A DNA stretch of 64,000 nt from Bilabrum cf. latius (Eukaryota). The stretch is taken from the NCBI GenBank assembly GCA_965178125.1, contig OZ237758.1:62001-126000 (forward strand). The letters are read 5' to 3'. The translations under genes were made by a program, and so were the position numbers. Numbering within the stretch: the stretch's first letter is position 1; every line of letters begins with the position of its first letter. A model generated the notes under the pieces. The model was given only the letters and a program-made list of their open reading frames with translations, did no database searches and had not been told where the DNA came from. Positions 26,001 through 36,532 of this stretch are shown in pieces.

Positions 26001-26617
26001 AGGTACCGGCCGGAGGTGCTGAAGGTCGGTTTCGCGAAGAAGCCGCGGTGCAAATGACGTGGCAGCGACCGATCCAAGCACTGGCTCACGGCAAAAAGCA
26101 GCGGCAACTCGCCGTAGTAGCAGCCCTGCAGGTTAGACTCGGCAAATCGCTACCATGAGAAAAAGTGACCCGTCGCCCTGTGATGCAGCACCTGCGGCTG
26201 CCGCTCGACGACGTCCTGCACCATCGCAAAGTTGTTGTTGACTATGGCCAGGTGCAGCACATTCTCGCCATGGTACGCGGACTCGACATCTCCGCTCTGC
26301 TCATACTTTAGCAGTATAAGCTTGGGAAATTTGTCCATGAGATACTTGGCAAGATCGTACTGTGTGAACAAGAAACTGAGATGAAGCGGAGTCGCGCCAA
26401 CATTGTCTTTGTCGTTGCTCAGGACGTGCTCGGCCCTATCGCCGAGATCTGCTATCCTCCTCTTCATGCCGTCAATATCTCCATTCTTGGCAAAGTTTTG
26501 GATCGTGCCTGGGGTAGAGAACTGTTTTGCTTGCTTGTTTTCTGCATCTCGCAGCTACAGATCGATCTTTTGCCGAGTCATTTGTCGTGCTCCAGGCACG
26601 CTGCGGTACGAGTCCAT
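23093..26617 (-). CDS. TRPV-like ankyrin-repeat cation channel
   Basis: Ankyrin repeats (GATPLHL, YHGENVLHLAI, YYGELPLLFA, DSLGNTALHI, GLTPLQFAAKLGK); WKFGP; six TM helices; LLNTLIASMNDTY...WRLEQARII (S6/TRP helix). Intron 26089-25928; TAGs at 26555, 26150, 25622; TGA stop. Confidence 0.88.
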
Positions 26618-26817
26618 GGCTCAAAACAATGTAAAGCACAACTCCTCCAAGCCAGATCAGGCAGTACTGCTTTGCCGCCGAGATTGTGCGTGCCAACGGA
26701 TGCCTAAGCTTTTGCGCGTCGCCGCGCAATTCCGCTGAGTTGCAGTGCCATGCATGTTCCGCACGAAAACAAGAAAAGTGAAAGTGTTGCTAAATTTGGA
26801 ATAAGCGCGAGCAAAAG

Positions 26818-28199
26818 ATGGGAAGGTTCTCCAAAGATAAGCGGGTGAGATGATATTGCAGCAGACCCGTCTGTGTTTGGACTTTCTCGGCACTGCCTTG
26901 AGCATTGCATTCTTGTTCACTTTGTCGCAGGACATCTACTATCGGAAGGCGAAGGAGCTAGGGTACCGGGCTAGGAGCGCTTTCAAGTTGCTGCAACTTG
27001 ATGAGTAGTTTGATCTATTTTCTGGCGTGAAATGTGCGGTTGATCTATGCGCGGCTCCAGGGAGCTGGTCCCAGGTGCTGTCTCGCGAAATATACAAGAA
27101 GCGCGCAGAAGAAGACGCTAGCCGCGCTTCGGGTGCAGACAAGTCTGCTGCAGAAGATGCGAAAGGGCCGCGCATCGTGGCGGTAGACTTGCAGGAGATG
27201 GCACCGATCGAGGGCGTCAAGTGCATCTAGGGCGACATCACTGCGCGCGCGACCGCCGATCAGATCATAGGTCACTTTGATGGCGGACGAGCCGACCTCG
27301 TCATCAGCGATGGCGCTCCTGACGTGACTGGGCTCCACGAGCTGGACGAGTACTTGCAGGCAGAGCTCATCCTCGCTGCCCTGGGCATCACAGCTGCCAC
27401 CCTGCGCCCCGGGGGCACCTTTGTGGCCAAGATCTTCAGGGGTAGGGACGTGACGCTGCTCTACTCGCAGCTGAGGTGCCTCTTCCGGCGCGTGTGCGTG
27501 GCCAAGCCCCGTTCCTCCCGCAACAGCAGCATGGAGAGTTTCGTGGTCTGCAGGGGGTTCCGGCCCCCACCCACGGAGGGGGGTGCCAGAGCGGCGCTGG
27601 TGCAGGCCGCGACGGATTCGGGGGCGGCGGCGGGAACGCTGGCACTGGCGGGCTGGCTGGCTCCACCGGGGGCAAAGGATGGAGCAGCGGCAGGGACAGC
27701 GGATCCGTCTGCCGGCGGGTCCTTGGCCCGGGGGCCGCTTGTTCCCTCAAGTCTAGCCGCCCTCGAGCACGCACCCGGCACGAACGAACGCGCCTCTCTG
27801 GCGAGGTGCGCCGTGCCGTTCGTGGCCTGCGGTGACCTGCGCGGCTTCGACTCGGACAAATCATATCCCCTCCAGGTTGTTCCCTCGGAGGCGGAGCTAC
27901 GGTCGCTCGGGTTCTCGGCCGAAGCGGCACGAGAGCAGGTCCGCAAGCGGGAAGAGGGCGCCTCCGGGGCGAAAGGAACATCGGGTGCATCGGGTGCATC
28001 AGGGGGGGCTAGTGGGAGGGCGGGTGACAGTGTGGTAGGGACTGCGGCAGGCGGGGCAGGTGATGCCCCTTTGCCTCCCGTGCAGCCACCCATCAGCCCT
28101 GCTTACCGCATGGCGATTGAAGAGGTGCGACGCAAGGCTCACGAGCCGCAGAGGAAAAGTAAGGCTGCTGGGATCGCTGCTGGCGGTAGCAAAGAGTAA
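26818..28199 (+). CDS. TRM7: tRNA (C32/N34)-2'-O-methyltransferase Trm7/FTSJ1
   Basis: MGRFSKDKR, intron 26845-26930, then [25 protein letters not shown][TAG][19 protein letters not shown][TAG][38 protein letters not shown] stop. Confidence 0.96.
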
Positions 28200-28435
28200 C
28201 ATGTGATCAAACATGGTATATTCGATATGATATCTTCATGAAGTCCAAAGCATCGCATTCGTCGTCGCGCGGACTAGGGTGGAGAGGCGGAGCCGGCTGC
28301 ACATTGTGGCATGACTGCTCCGATCCTTGATTCAAGAACTGTGCCTACAGCATCTGCGCCTGAGCAGGAGGTGTCTGCTCAAGCCGAACAGCTTGGCTTT
28401 GCTGTAGAAAAACCTTGTCCTGCAAGCAGTGTCCT

Positions 28436-29440
28436 ATGGAGTCGTAGTATTGGGCTATGCCGCAGTTTCTGCAGCGTGGCGTGGTTGCCACGTGCATCGC
28501 TGTAGTGGCGTTTGGCTACGTCTACGCCATCCTACCTTTTTGGTTCTGGCACTGCGTTGATGTACCCTCCCACGCTGCCTCCAACGACGACTCTTAGACC
28601 AACGGAATGCTAGACTTGATCGGTGCGTCGGTTGGCAACCGCGGCCTAGCTCCCGAGTACAACCCAGCAGAACCGTCCGTTAATATTTTCTTCACACTGG
28701 ACGATGACGCGGAGCCCGTGTCGATGCGGCAGTGCGAGACGCTGGGACTCTGGCAGGCTTGCTACATCGAGGAAGGCACGGGCACCTGCAACAGCCTGTT
28801 CCTGTGGGCGACGAGTAAAGGATACAACCCAGGGGGGCTATTCAGCCGTCTTTAGGCAGCATAGGCTTTTTGGATCCTTGCGACGGCGGCGGTGCTCGTG
28901 GCGGCGTGGCTGCTCTACGGAGGCAGGCGCTTGAATCTGGATCCAAGCACCACGCTAGCCGGCTACCTGCGCGTGCTCGGCTTTTTGCTATTTTTCGTGG
29001 TCGCATTCGGGGGGATGGTGACGTTTGCTGCCTTTCAGTCCACTCACAGCAAGATGCGGGCGCACATCAACGGGCACAAGGTGCAGCACGGCTCGGCCTT
29101 TGGCATCTTCGTGGTGGCCTGGCTGGCCTCCCTGCCCCTCGTGGTGCTGGGGCCAGAGGTGCTGCGAGAGGTGTTGCTGCGGGACAGCGACGGAGGGGAA
29201 GGCGTGGGTGGGGGCGCGGAGGATGGGGACTACCTGGATATGGACCGCATGACGGGGCCACCTGCGATGGGCCCTCCTCCTGCCAGCGGCGCGTCCCTAG
29301 GCCTCGGCGCCTCGGGGTACGGTGGCGGTGCCATGCCGAGGAAGTCGAACGTGCGGCCTACACCTGGGCAGCAAGCAGCCCCGCAAGGGGGCCTGCAAGA
29401 CAGCCTGCTCTTCCAGGACGGCGACGATGCCGTGGTTTGA
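28436..29440 (+). CDS. Claudin/PMP22-like four-TM membrane protein
   Basis: TM1, GLWQAC...C signature, RL[TAG]AA[TAG]AFWIL (compare LQAVQAFMIL), HGSAFGIFVVAW. TAGs at 28445, 28595, 28853, 28862; start may instead be 28457; TGA stop. Confidence 0.75.
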
Positions 29441-29494
29441 ATTCTCCGGTTATTGTTGATAGTAACGCGTTATTTTGTGGCAAGCACGCCCGCG

Positions 29495-29539
29495 GTAGCG
29501 CCGCGCGCCTACAATAGCGTGAGCGGAACCTAATTTGGC
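29495..29539 (+). repeat. Left inverted repeat (45 bp)
   Basis: GTAGCGCCGCGCGCCTACAATAGCGTGAGCGGAACCTAATTTGGC is the exact reverse complement of 35202-35246. Confidence 0.95.
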
Positions 29540-30146
29540 CGCGCGCGCGGCCGGCGGGGCGCCCGGATCACGTCTGGGCGCCTGTGAGCGGGCGGGGAGT
29601 AAATCTGCGGGGAAAAACGCGCCTACTCTATTCTTTGTGACTGTGTGCGTCGATTGCGCCGGGATTTGATCGGCGGCAAAAAAATTGCCGGCGGCGCGGC
29701 GCGACTGTCTCGCCCACTGCAGCCGAAACGTGCGGGCCCAGCAAATTTTTCCTTAAACACCCTTAAAGACAGATTTTTGATATGATGCTCTGTATGGTAT
29801 GTTCTTTCGATTGTGGCCATGTGAGAGGCTGGGTGGCGCTGGTTCGGGCGCAAGGAGCCTCTCTAGCTGGCCCGTCCAAACGCGCTCTCGGCCGTCTGCA
29901 GGCCGCCCCAGCGGCTGCATCCGCATGCGCCTGAGCGGAGCCTGTTGTTCGATCTCATATTTATCACACGAACCGAAGGCGCGCTCCCGTCCGGGCGAAG
30001 AAGTGCCGACTTTCGACCCGAACGGGTCCCGCAACCCCGCTGCGGCCCTGGCAGGCCGCGCCAGGCCGTCGCTCCCGCGGCCCCCAGAGCCTGTAGGGCT
30101 CTCAGATGCCTTCCTCTGTGTCTCACAGCATCGGGGGCTTCCTCCC

Positions 30147-33100
30147 TCAGATCGCGTCGAACGCCTAGGTCTGCTTGCTGGCCAACACAGCCGCCGCCCC
30201 CCTGGCCGCCCGAGGCGCGTCCTCCGCGTCTTCCCCCTCGGCGTCGATCTGCGCCTCGGAATCGGGAATTTCCTCGCCCATCGGATCGGGGGCGACATCG
30301 CCGCCCTATTCGGCGTCCATCATCGCGGCAGCCACGCCCTTTGCATCCCCGTCGCCCGCCACGGCGGCCGCTGCGCCCCCCTCGTCCTCGTCGCTCCCGT
30401 CGCGGAGCCACCCCCGGTCCTCCGCCATGGCTCTCGCAAACGTCTCTTGGTAGTCCATTCCCTTTTGCGTGGGCAGCCTCCTTCGGCTCGATCTGCGAGA
30501 GGACTGGTGCTGGGGGTCGGACCGCTTCGAGGCATCCGCCAGGCCGTCCTCCTACTCGTCCTCGCTGGACTCAGACCCTGCCTCGCCCTCCACGGCAAGC
30601 GCCTCCCGCCGCCTTTGACTTCCGCTCCTGGCCCTCCCCTTGTTGCTTCTGCCCCTCCCCCTGCCCCTGCCCCTCCCCCTGTTCTTCCCACCCTTTCCCC
30701 TGTTGCCCGTGCCCCTCCCCCTTCTGCCCCCACCCACCCCCCGTCTGCCCCTCGTCCGCCCCTTGCTGGTGCCGTCCAAGGCAGAGTTCGAGCGACTCGC
30801 AGGGGCATCCGATCGCGACTGCTGCTGCTGCTGCTGCGGTGCCGCGCCCGATCTGCCCCCCGAACCCCCTCCAATCGCTGCGGGGGCGATCTGCAGCCAC
30901 TTAGTGACAGTGGCGTCGACCCGCCCCCGCCACGAGGCCCGCGCCTCCTACGGTTGCAATGCAAGCCCTCCGGTATTCTGCCTGAGGGTGATGCCCACGA
31001 TGCTCGCCAGGCGCCAGAGAAGGTCCGCCCCCGTTGAAGTGACCTCCTATGCTTCTGCCGTGTACTCCATCAGCAGCTGCCACCCGAACTTCCTGAGCAG
31101 CTTGTCATCACATTTAGCCAGCAGCGGGGGCAGCAGGAACACCAGCCGCCCCATGCTCCCGAGGCGACAGGCCTGCATCCGCAGGCCCGAGACCACGGTG
31201 CCCGCCAGGTCCTGCCGGAGGCCTGCCATGCGGCGCGCGTCGCCATCTTCCTCTTCCGCCTCCCTCCCCCCTGCAGCCCCTTCATCCTCCTACTCGCCCT
31301 CCTCCTCGCCCTCACCCCCACCCTCCTAGATCTACACGCCCTCGCCCCCACCCCCCTCCTCGTCCCCGTCCGCTCCGCCTCGCCCCCTCTCGGCGACAGA
31401 CAGGTAGTCCGAGGCCGCCGCCCGGCGCGCGGCGTGCTCCTGCCGCACGGCCTCCCTGAGGGCCCCCAGCAGCACGTCCTCGGGGTCCCTGTGCGCGAAC
31501 TGCTCGTTGTCGGCCTCGCCGTAGCGGAGACGCGCCATCAGGCTCGGCGACCGCAGCAGCCGGCACATGGCACAGGTGGCGCGGAGGACGTCTTCCTGCG
31601 AGACTCTCTATACCAGGGGCGTCGCCGTCCGCACCGCGGCCGCAAGCAGCGACACGTACGCCCGGTCCACGGCGAGCGCCAGCACGGACACGGACGGTGC
31701 CTTGCGCGCCTTGCCCGGGCTCATGCCCAGCCCCGCCACCCCGCTCAGGGCCAGCACGCCGCTGAGCACGTCCGTCAGAGGGGGGGGGGTCCGGGGCCTG
31801 GCCGTCGCCCGCCCCGCCGGAGGCCCTCGTACCCGTAGCCTGTGCGGCCGCAGGCGCAGCAGCAGACCCGACGGACGAAGCAGAAGCAGAGGCCCTCATC
31901 CCTGACGCCTGCCCGGCCTGAGAGCCCTCCTGCCACGATCCGATGCGGCCGTCCAGGTACCCGCTCAGGTGCTGGTGCAGCGCCTCGGTCTGCACCATCT
32001 TTTCGATCAGAAAGGACTTGTCAAAGTACTGGCTGAGGATGCGCAGCAGCAGGCGGACAATGCCCTCGTCGCTCGGCGGGCCACGCACCCCCATCTGCGC
32101 GCACACGACGCGGTGCAGCGACTCGAGCTCGTCGCGCGAGGCGCCAGACAGGCGCAGCTCGGCCAGGAGCGGGGCGAGGGGTCCTGCGGCTCCCTCGTCC
32201 CCGCCCCCCCCCAGCGCGGGGGGCGCGGCATCAAAGATGCACATGCGGGCCTTGCCCATCGTCAGCGCGGCCCGGGCCGCCCCGGTTGGGGTGATGCAGG
32301 GCAGCACCCTGGTGAGGCAGCCGTGACCCCCGAGCATGAACCCAAAGGCGACCGTGACCCGAGTGTGCGCCGCCGCAAGGCCCCTATTCGTCCCCTGCTC
32401 CATCCAGTCGTCCAATCTGCCGAGCACGTCTCGGAGGTTGGCGTTGTCACGCCCCTCGTGTCCAGCCAGGCAGACGTCGACGCCCCCCGCATAGAGCGAT
32501 TTGAGGGCCTCCGACAGGCCCGCCCCGCCGGCGAGGAGGCTGGGCAGGAGGGAGGTACCCTGCACCACCAGCACGACCCTGCGACGACCTCCCGGCGCCC
32601 CTGGATTCGGCGCTGCAGCCGAAGCCAGAGCCGCCTCTTGGGGCCCCTACTCGTGGTCCTGATTCGTGGCCACGGCACGGCCTGCGGCAAGGCCCGCCTG
32701 CAGGGCCGCGCATGCCGAGTCTCCGTGAGCGGGGCAGCCCCTCACCTCCTCGTCGACCTGTGCAAGTTGCTGTCCGCCGCCCGGGTGATCTGCCAGCCGA
32801 ACGCCTTCACGGCCATCACGTCCCCCAGCAGGCTCCCTCGGGCGGCCCACGCGTCCTCCTCTGAGGCATCCACGCGCTGGTATTCCCCGTACTTCGCGAG
32901 GCGCCTCCTCTCGTGGTGGAGCTGCCACGACTGGCGGATGCACTTGTCCATGGCTGCCCCCGTCCTCGCGTGGCACTGGAGCAGCGCCGACCACTGCTCC
33001 ACCTCTTCCAGGGCAGCCTCATCGCCCTCTCTGGCCTCGCGCAGGCTCCGTTGCATCTCTTTCTGCAGCAGGTGGAAGTTCAGCCTGAGCTAGTACAGCA

Positions 33101-34595
33101 AACTGGATGTGCGGGTCCGACGTCTGTCATACGCAGCCTTCTCCGCCTTTGCGTTCTCCTCCGCCTGCTGCCCCGCGGACCGCCGCCGCCGCCGGCGGTG
33201 CTGCACCCCGCTCCTCGAGCCGATCATGGACGTGGTCTGCATCATCACGCCGCCCAGCTTCTAGGGCACACCCCCGCTGCCTCCCGCGCCGTCCAGGCCC
33301 AGGCCCAGGCCCAGGCCCGGGCCCAGGCCAAGCTCCCGGTCGGGTCGGGTCGAATCATCTCCGCTCTCGTCCTCAGCCATTGCCGCAGAGGACCCTCCCT
33401 GTGCCGCCCCAGAAGCGGGAGGCGGCGATGGCCCCGACGACGGTGCCGGTGCGGGTGGCGCTGCGCCCGCCGGCCCCCCTGCACCCGCTGCGCCCATGCG
33501 CGGGCCCGTGTTCGCCCGCTTCAGGGCCCGGATGGCCTGGAGGAAGGGCTCTGTTCCTAGCCTGGACGCAGCGTTTGCCTGGCACACCCCGCACACCCCA
33601 GGCAGCTTCCCGCTGCCCTGCAGGTCGTCGCCCTCCGCGCAGGGACTCAAGCAGCACTGGCACCTGGCTCCCCCCTGCTCCTGCTCCTGCCCCGGGAGGG
33701 GGTCGGGCTGATCCGCGCTCGCCGCGTCGGAGTCCTCGATCGGGAGGGAAAGGTCCACGGGGGACGGCCCCCCACCCGCGGGGACCAGCTCGGCGTCCCT
33801 GTGGCCGGGCTCCACGGCGGCCACCTGGCCGGGGGTGGCCGGGCGGAGCAGGGCGCCCGCCAGCACGGCGGCAGCAGGGTCGATCCGGCGCTCCCCGCCT
33901 GTCGAGTCCGGGTCAACAGGCCGGATCTCGTCCGCGACGCGACCGACAAAGTTGGACGCGCTCAGTCCGGCCGCCCCGAGCGCGCGGGCGGCAGAGGCGG
34001 CGTGCTTCGCCAGAAGCGGTACCGTAATGGCCCCAGCCCTCTTGCGGCCGCGACGGCTAGGTGCAAGCAATTGAGAGCAAAAGCCGTCAATCTACTCAAC
34101 TGTGAGCGTCGAGCCGCGCGCTCTGTTCAGCCCATGACGGGCAATTCGGCGAAGAATTGTCCCGAGTGGCGCCTAGTTGCGATCAATCAGCTTCTGCAGC
34201 AACGCTTCCGGCCAGACCTACTTGATATTCGCTGCTGTCCACTGCTGCAAGTTCTCCATCATGCGCTTACACACCTCGAGTCCTTTAAGTGTGGGGCAGA
34301 TATCCCGAGTTCCAGCGATGTTGTACTCGTATATGCCAAGGGCAACCAGACAGGCCGCCAGCACGCCGAGCGCGGAGGCCCCCGTCCCGGGTGTGCCTGC
34401 GCTCTCATACCCCAAGCTCTCGTCTAAACTAGAATTTCTCTGCGTCGTACGTGATGGTAGGGAAATGGGCTGCACATATCGCCACAAAACGGAGAAAAGT
34501 GGGAAACCGCGCAGTTCGAGCCCATGCAAAGGCTCCGACTTGCATCGACGATTGCAAAAATAGGTCATCTTCGAAATCAATGAAACACGGCCCAT
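30147..34595 (-). CDS. Large hypothetical protein (about 1480 aa) inside the inverted repeats, with two apparent frameshifts (start uncertain)
   Basis: Same-frame fragments joined by about 15 TAGs, ending in TGA at 30147. The protein-like frame switches near 32780 and switches back at the G10 run 31780-31789. Cys cluster CQCCLSPC...CGVC; no family recognised. Confidence 0.6.
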
Positions 34596-35201
34596 CTCTT
34601 TAAAACTCCAAGAACTAAGTGATAGACCCGACAGAAATATCGCCCCACCAAGACACGCCGAGCGCTATGCAAACGCGCACGGCACCAAACCCCAAAAACT
34701 ACGACCTAGCGGTATTGGCGATGGCATCCGAGTGGAACATCACCACATATGCGGTCTAGAAAGGATAAAATTAATATCTTACATCAATCAACTGCGGAAT
34801 TTTTAGCGTGGACCCAGAGTTGGCTGCGCTAGAGGCGCTGGCAGATGCGCGCCCGCGCTCGGTTGCAATCTCCATTCAATCCGGGGGGGCTACGCGAGAT
34901 CTGCGTAAGACAGAGAACGATAGCCCTTAGACGATTTATGACGGCAAAATTCAAAATATGGGAGATATAGTTTTTCTAAAATTGCCCGTAGCCCGAGAAA
35001 AGCGGGCGGCAAGCCGACGCCAGGAAACGGCGTAAATCACGAACACCGGGCAAACGGCCTACGCTTCGAGCCTCAGCAGGCGCAGGCATGACGATCCGAT
35101 TTTCATACCCCACAAACTCACTTTTGCGCCAAGAAAATTACCATAACCCCATCGTGGACGGAGGTCGAGTGCCGCAAAGTTTCAGATTCCCGTCCGGGGC
35201 C

Positions 35202-35246
35202 GCCAAATTAGGTTCCGCTCACGCTATTGTAGGCGCGCGGCGCTAC
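35202..35246 (-). repeat. Right inverted repeat (45 bp), overlapping an 11-bp-stem hairpin at 35236-35261
   Basis: GCCAAATTAGGTTCCGCTCACGCTATTGTAGGCGCGCGGCGCTAC; hairpin CGCGGCGCTAC-TACC-GTAGCGCCGCG. Confidence 0.95.
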
Positions 35247-35297
35247 TACCGTAGCGCCGCGACATGTTTACTCGGTTTATCTTGTCAAAGAGCGATC

Positions 35298-35959
35298 ATG
35301 GTAAGATGATTCGACCTATCTCGAGTATTTTGTATATGCCTTTCTCAGCAAGGAGCTACATTGGACCCCCGGTCCCTCTGGTCTACGCAGGCTGGCCGCA
35401 AGTAGGAGGGCATCATGAACTTGTCCAAGTACATGGACAAGAAGGTCCGTGTACGTTTCCAGGGAGGTAGAGAGGGTAAGTTTCCGTCGAATTGATTCGT
35501 TCTGATGCACTGGGGTGACCCTAAGTCCAAGTAGCTAGCGTGTCTTGTGCGGTCGGTCTGTGCGCAGTTGTCGGCATTCTTAAAGGGTTCGATCCGCTTA
35601 CGAACATGGTATTAGACGAGGCTGTTGAGTTTATGCGCGGTGAGACAACTTCATGCTATCACTTGTTAAGTCTGGGCAAACCCTGAAACGATGCCAACCC
35701 CATTCCTGGTCCATTTCGATTCGCAGACCCGGAGGACCCTCTCACTACAACTGCGTCCCAGCGAACGCTGGGCATATGTATCTGCAGGGGCAACGCTCTG
35801 ATGTCACTTTGTCCTGAAGACGGTTTTGAGGAGATCGAGAACCCCTTCGGTGAGGCCGGAGGAGATGAGGATGACGGGGAGGGCGCAGGTGCAGACGGCA
35901 CCTCGCCAGCGGCAAGGGGGGGAGCAGGTGAGGGTAGCGCCGCCGCCCCGTCCACATGA
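35298..35959 (+). CDS. LSM7: U6 snRNA-associated Sm-like protein LSm7
   Basis: Exons 35298-35300, 35391-35475, 35568-35639, 35727-35959. K[TAG 35403]EGIMNLSKYMDKKVRVRFQGGRE, GILKGFDPLTNMVLD, LGICICRG, EEIENPF; TGA stop. Confidence 0.93.
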
Positions 35960-36532
35960 GGACCAAAAGAGACTCGAAACGCACTTGTTCCACGCACACA
36001 CCCGCGTGCCACCCGGTGTCCTGGCAGCGGGCAGGCCGGATGTCTGCAGCGGGGTGGGGTGGGGGGGGGGGGTTCACCCCGCATCAGCCGGACGCCCCAT
36101 GCTTGGCGAACTGCCCGCCGCCCTGATCTATAGATTGGATCTAGGCATGAAAAGGTGTCGGTATACGGCCCTTTGGGCTGGCGCCAGGCTGGCTGGGGCT
36201 GAACATGTCAGTGACGAGGCTAGGCGAGGCCGGTGGGGCTGCTTCCAAGGCCATCCTTCGACGGCACCGCATCCCAGCGAGTGCGTGCGTGCGGGTTTGG
36301 TGGTTCCGAGTAGGCTGTGCGTGCTCCCCATGGACATCCAGAGGCACGCTGCCGCGGATATGGATTAGATGGATCGCCGGAAGCTGCACGTGCACTGCAT
36401 GGAAGTGCAATTTCCAGGCGCGGGGCAGCCGTCGGGTCTCGATCCCTTGACGGATTAGCTTTGATCTGCCATGAACTGACAACCAAGAAAGCGCGCTATG
36501 CACCTTGTAGGCGATGTATGTTCCATTCCCAA

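Larger units (their letters stand above)
29491..35261. mobile_element. Candidate unclassified element bounded by terminal inverted repeats (about 5.8 kb)
   Basis: Perfect 45-bp inverted repeat at 29495-29539 and 35202-35246, hairpins at both outer ends, structured subtermini and a single large orphan ORF inside. No clear target-site duplication. Confidence 0.6.

Noticed and set aside
27001-27240. TAGs as 3' ends of tiny introns
   Set aside because: Flanking residues align to TRM7 orthologues without gaps, so nothing is spliced out. Real introns here are about 75-450 bp with clear GT donors.
29491-35261. Polinton/virophage (EMALE-like), Ngaro/DIRS or a known DDE transposon
   Set aside because: Too short and GC-rich for an endogenous virophage. 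No polB, integrase, capsid, RT, tyrosine recombinase or DDE motif recognised and no clear TSD, so it is left unclassified.
35960-36530. Possible small gene or structured RNA between LSm7 and Eco1
   Set aside because: No recognisable motif, start or RNA family; it cannot be supported from the sequence alone.
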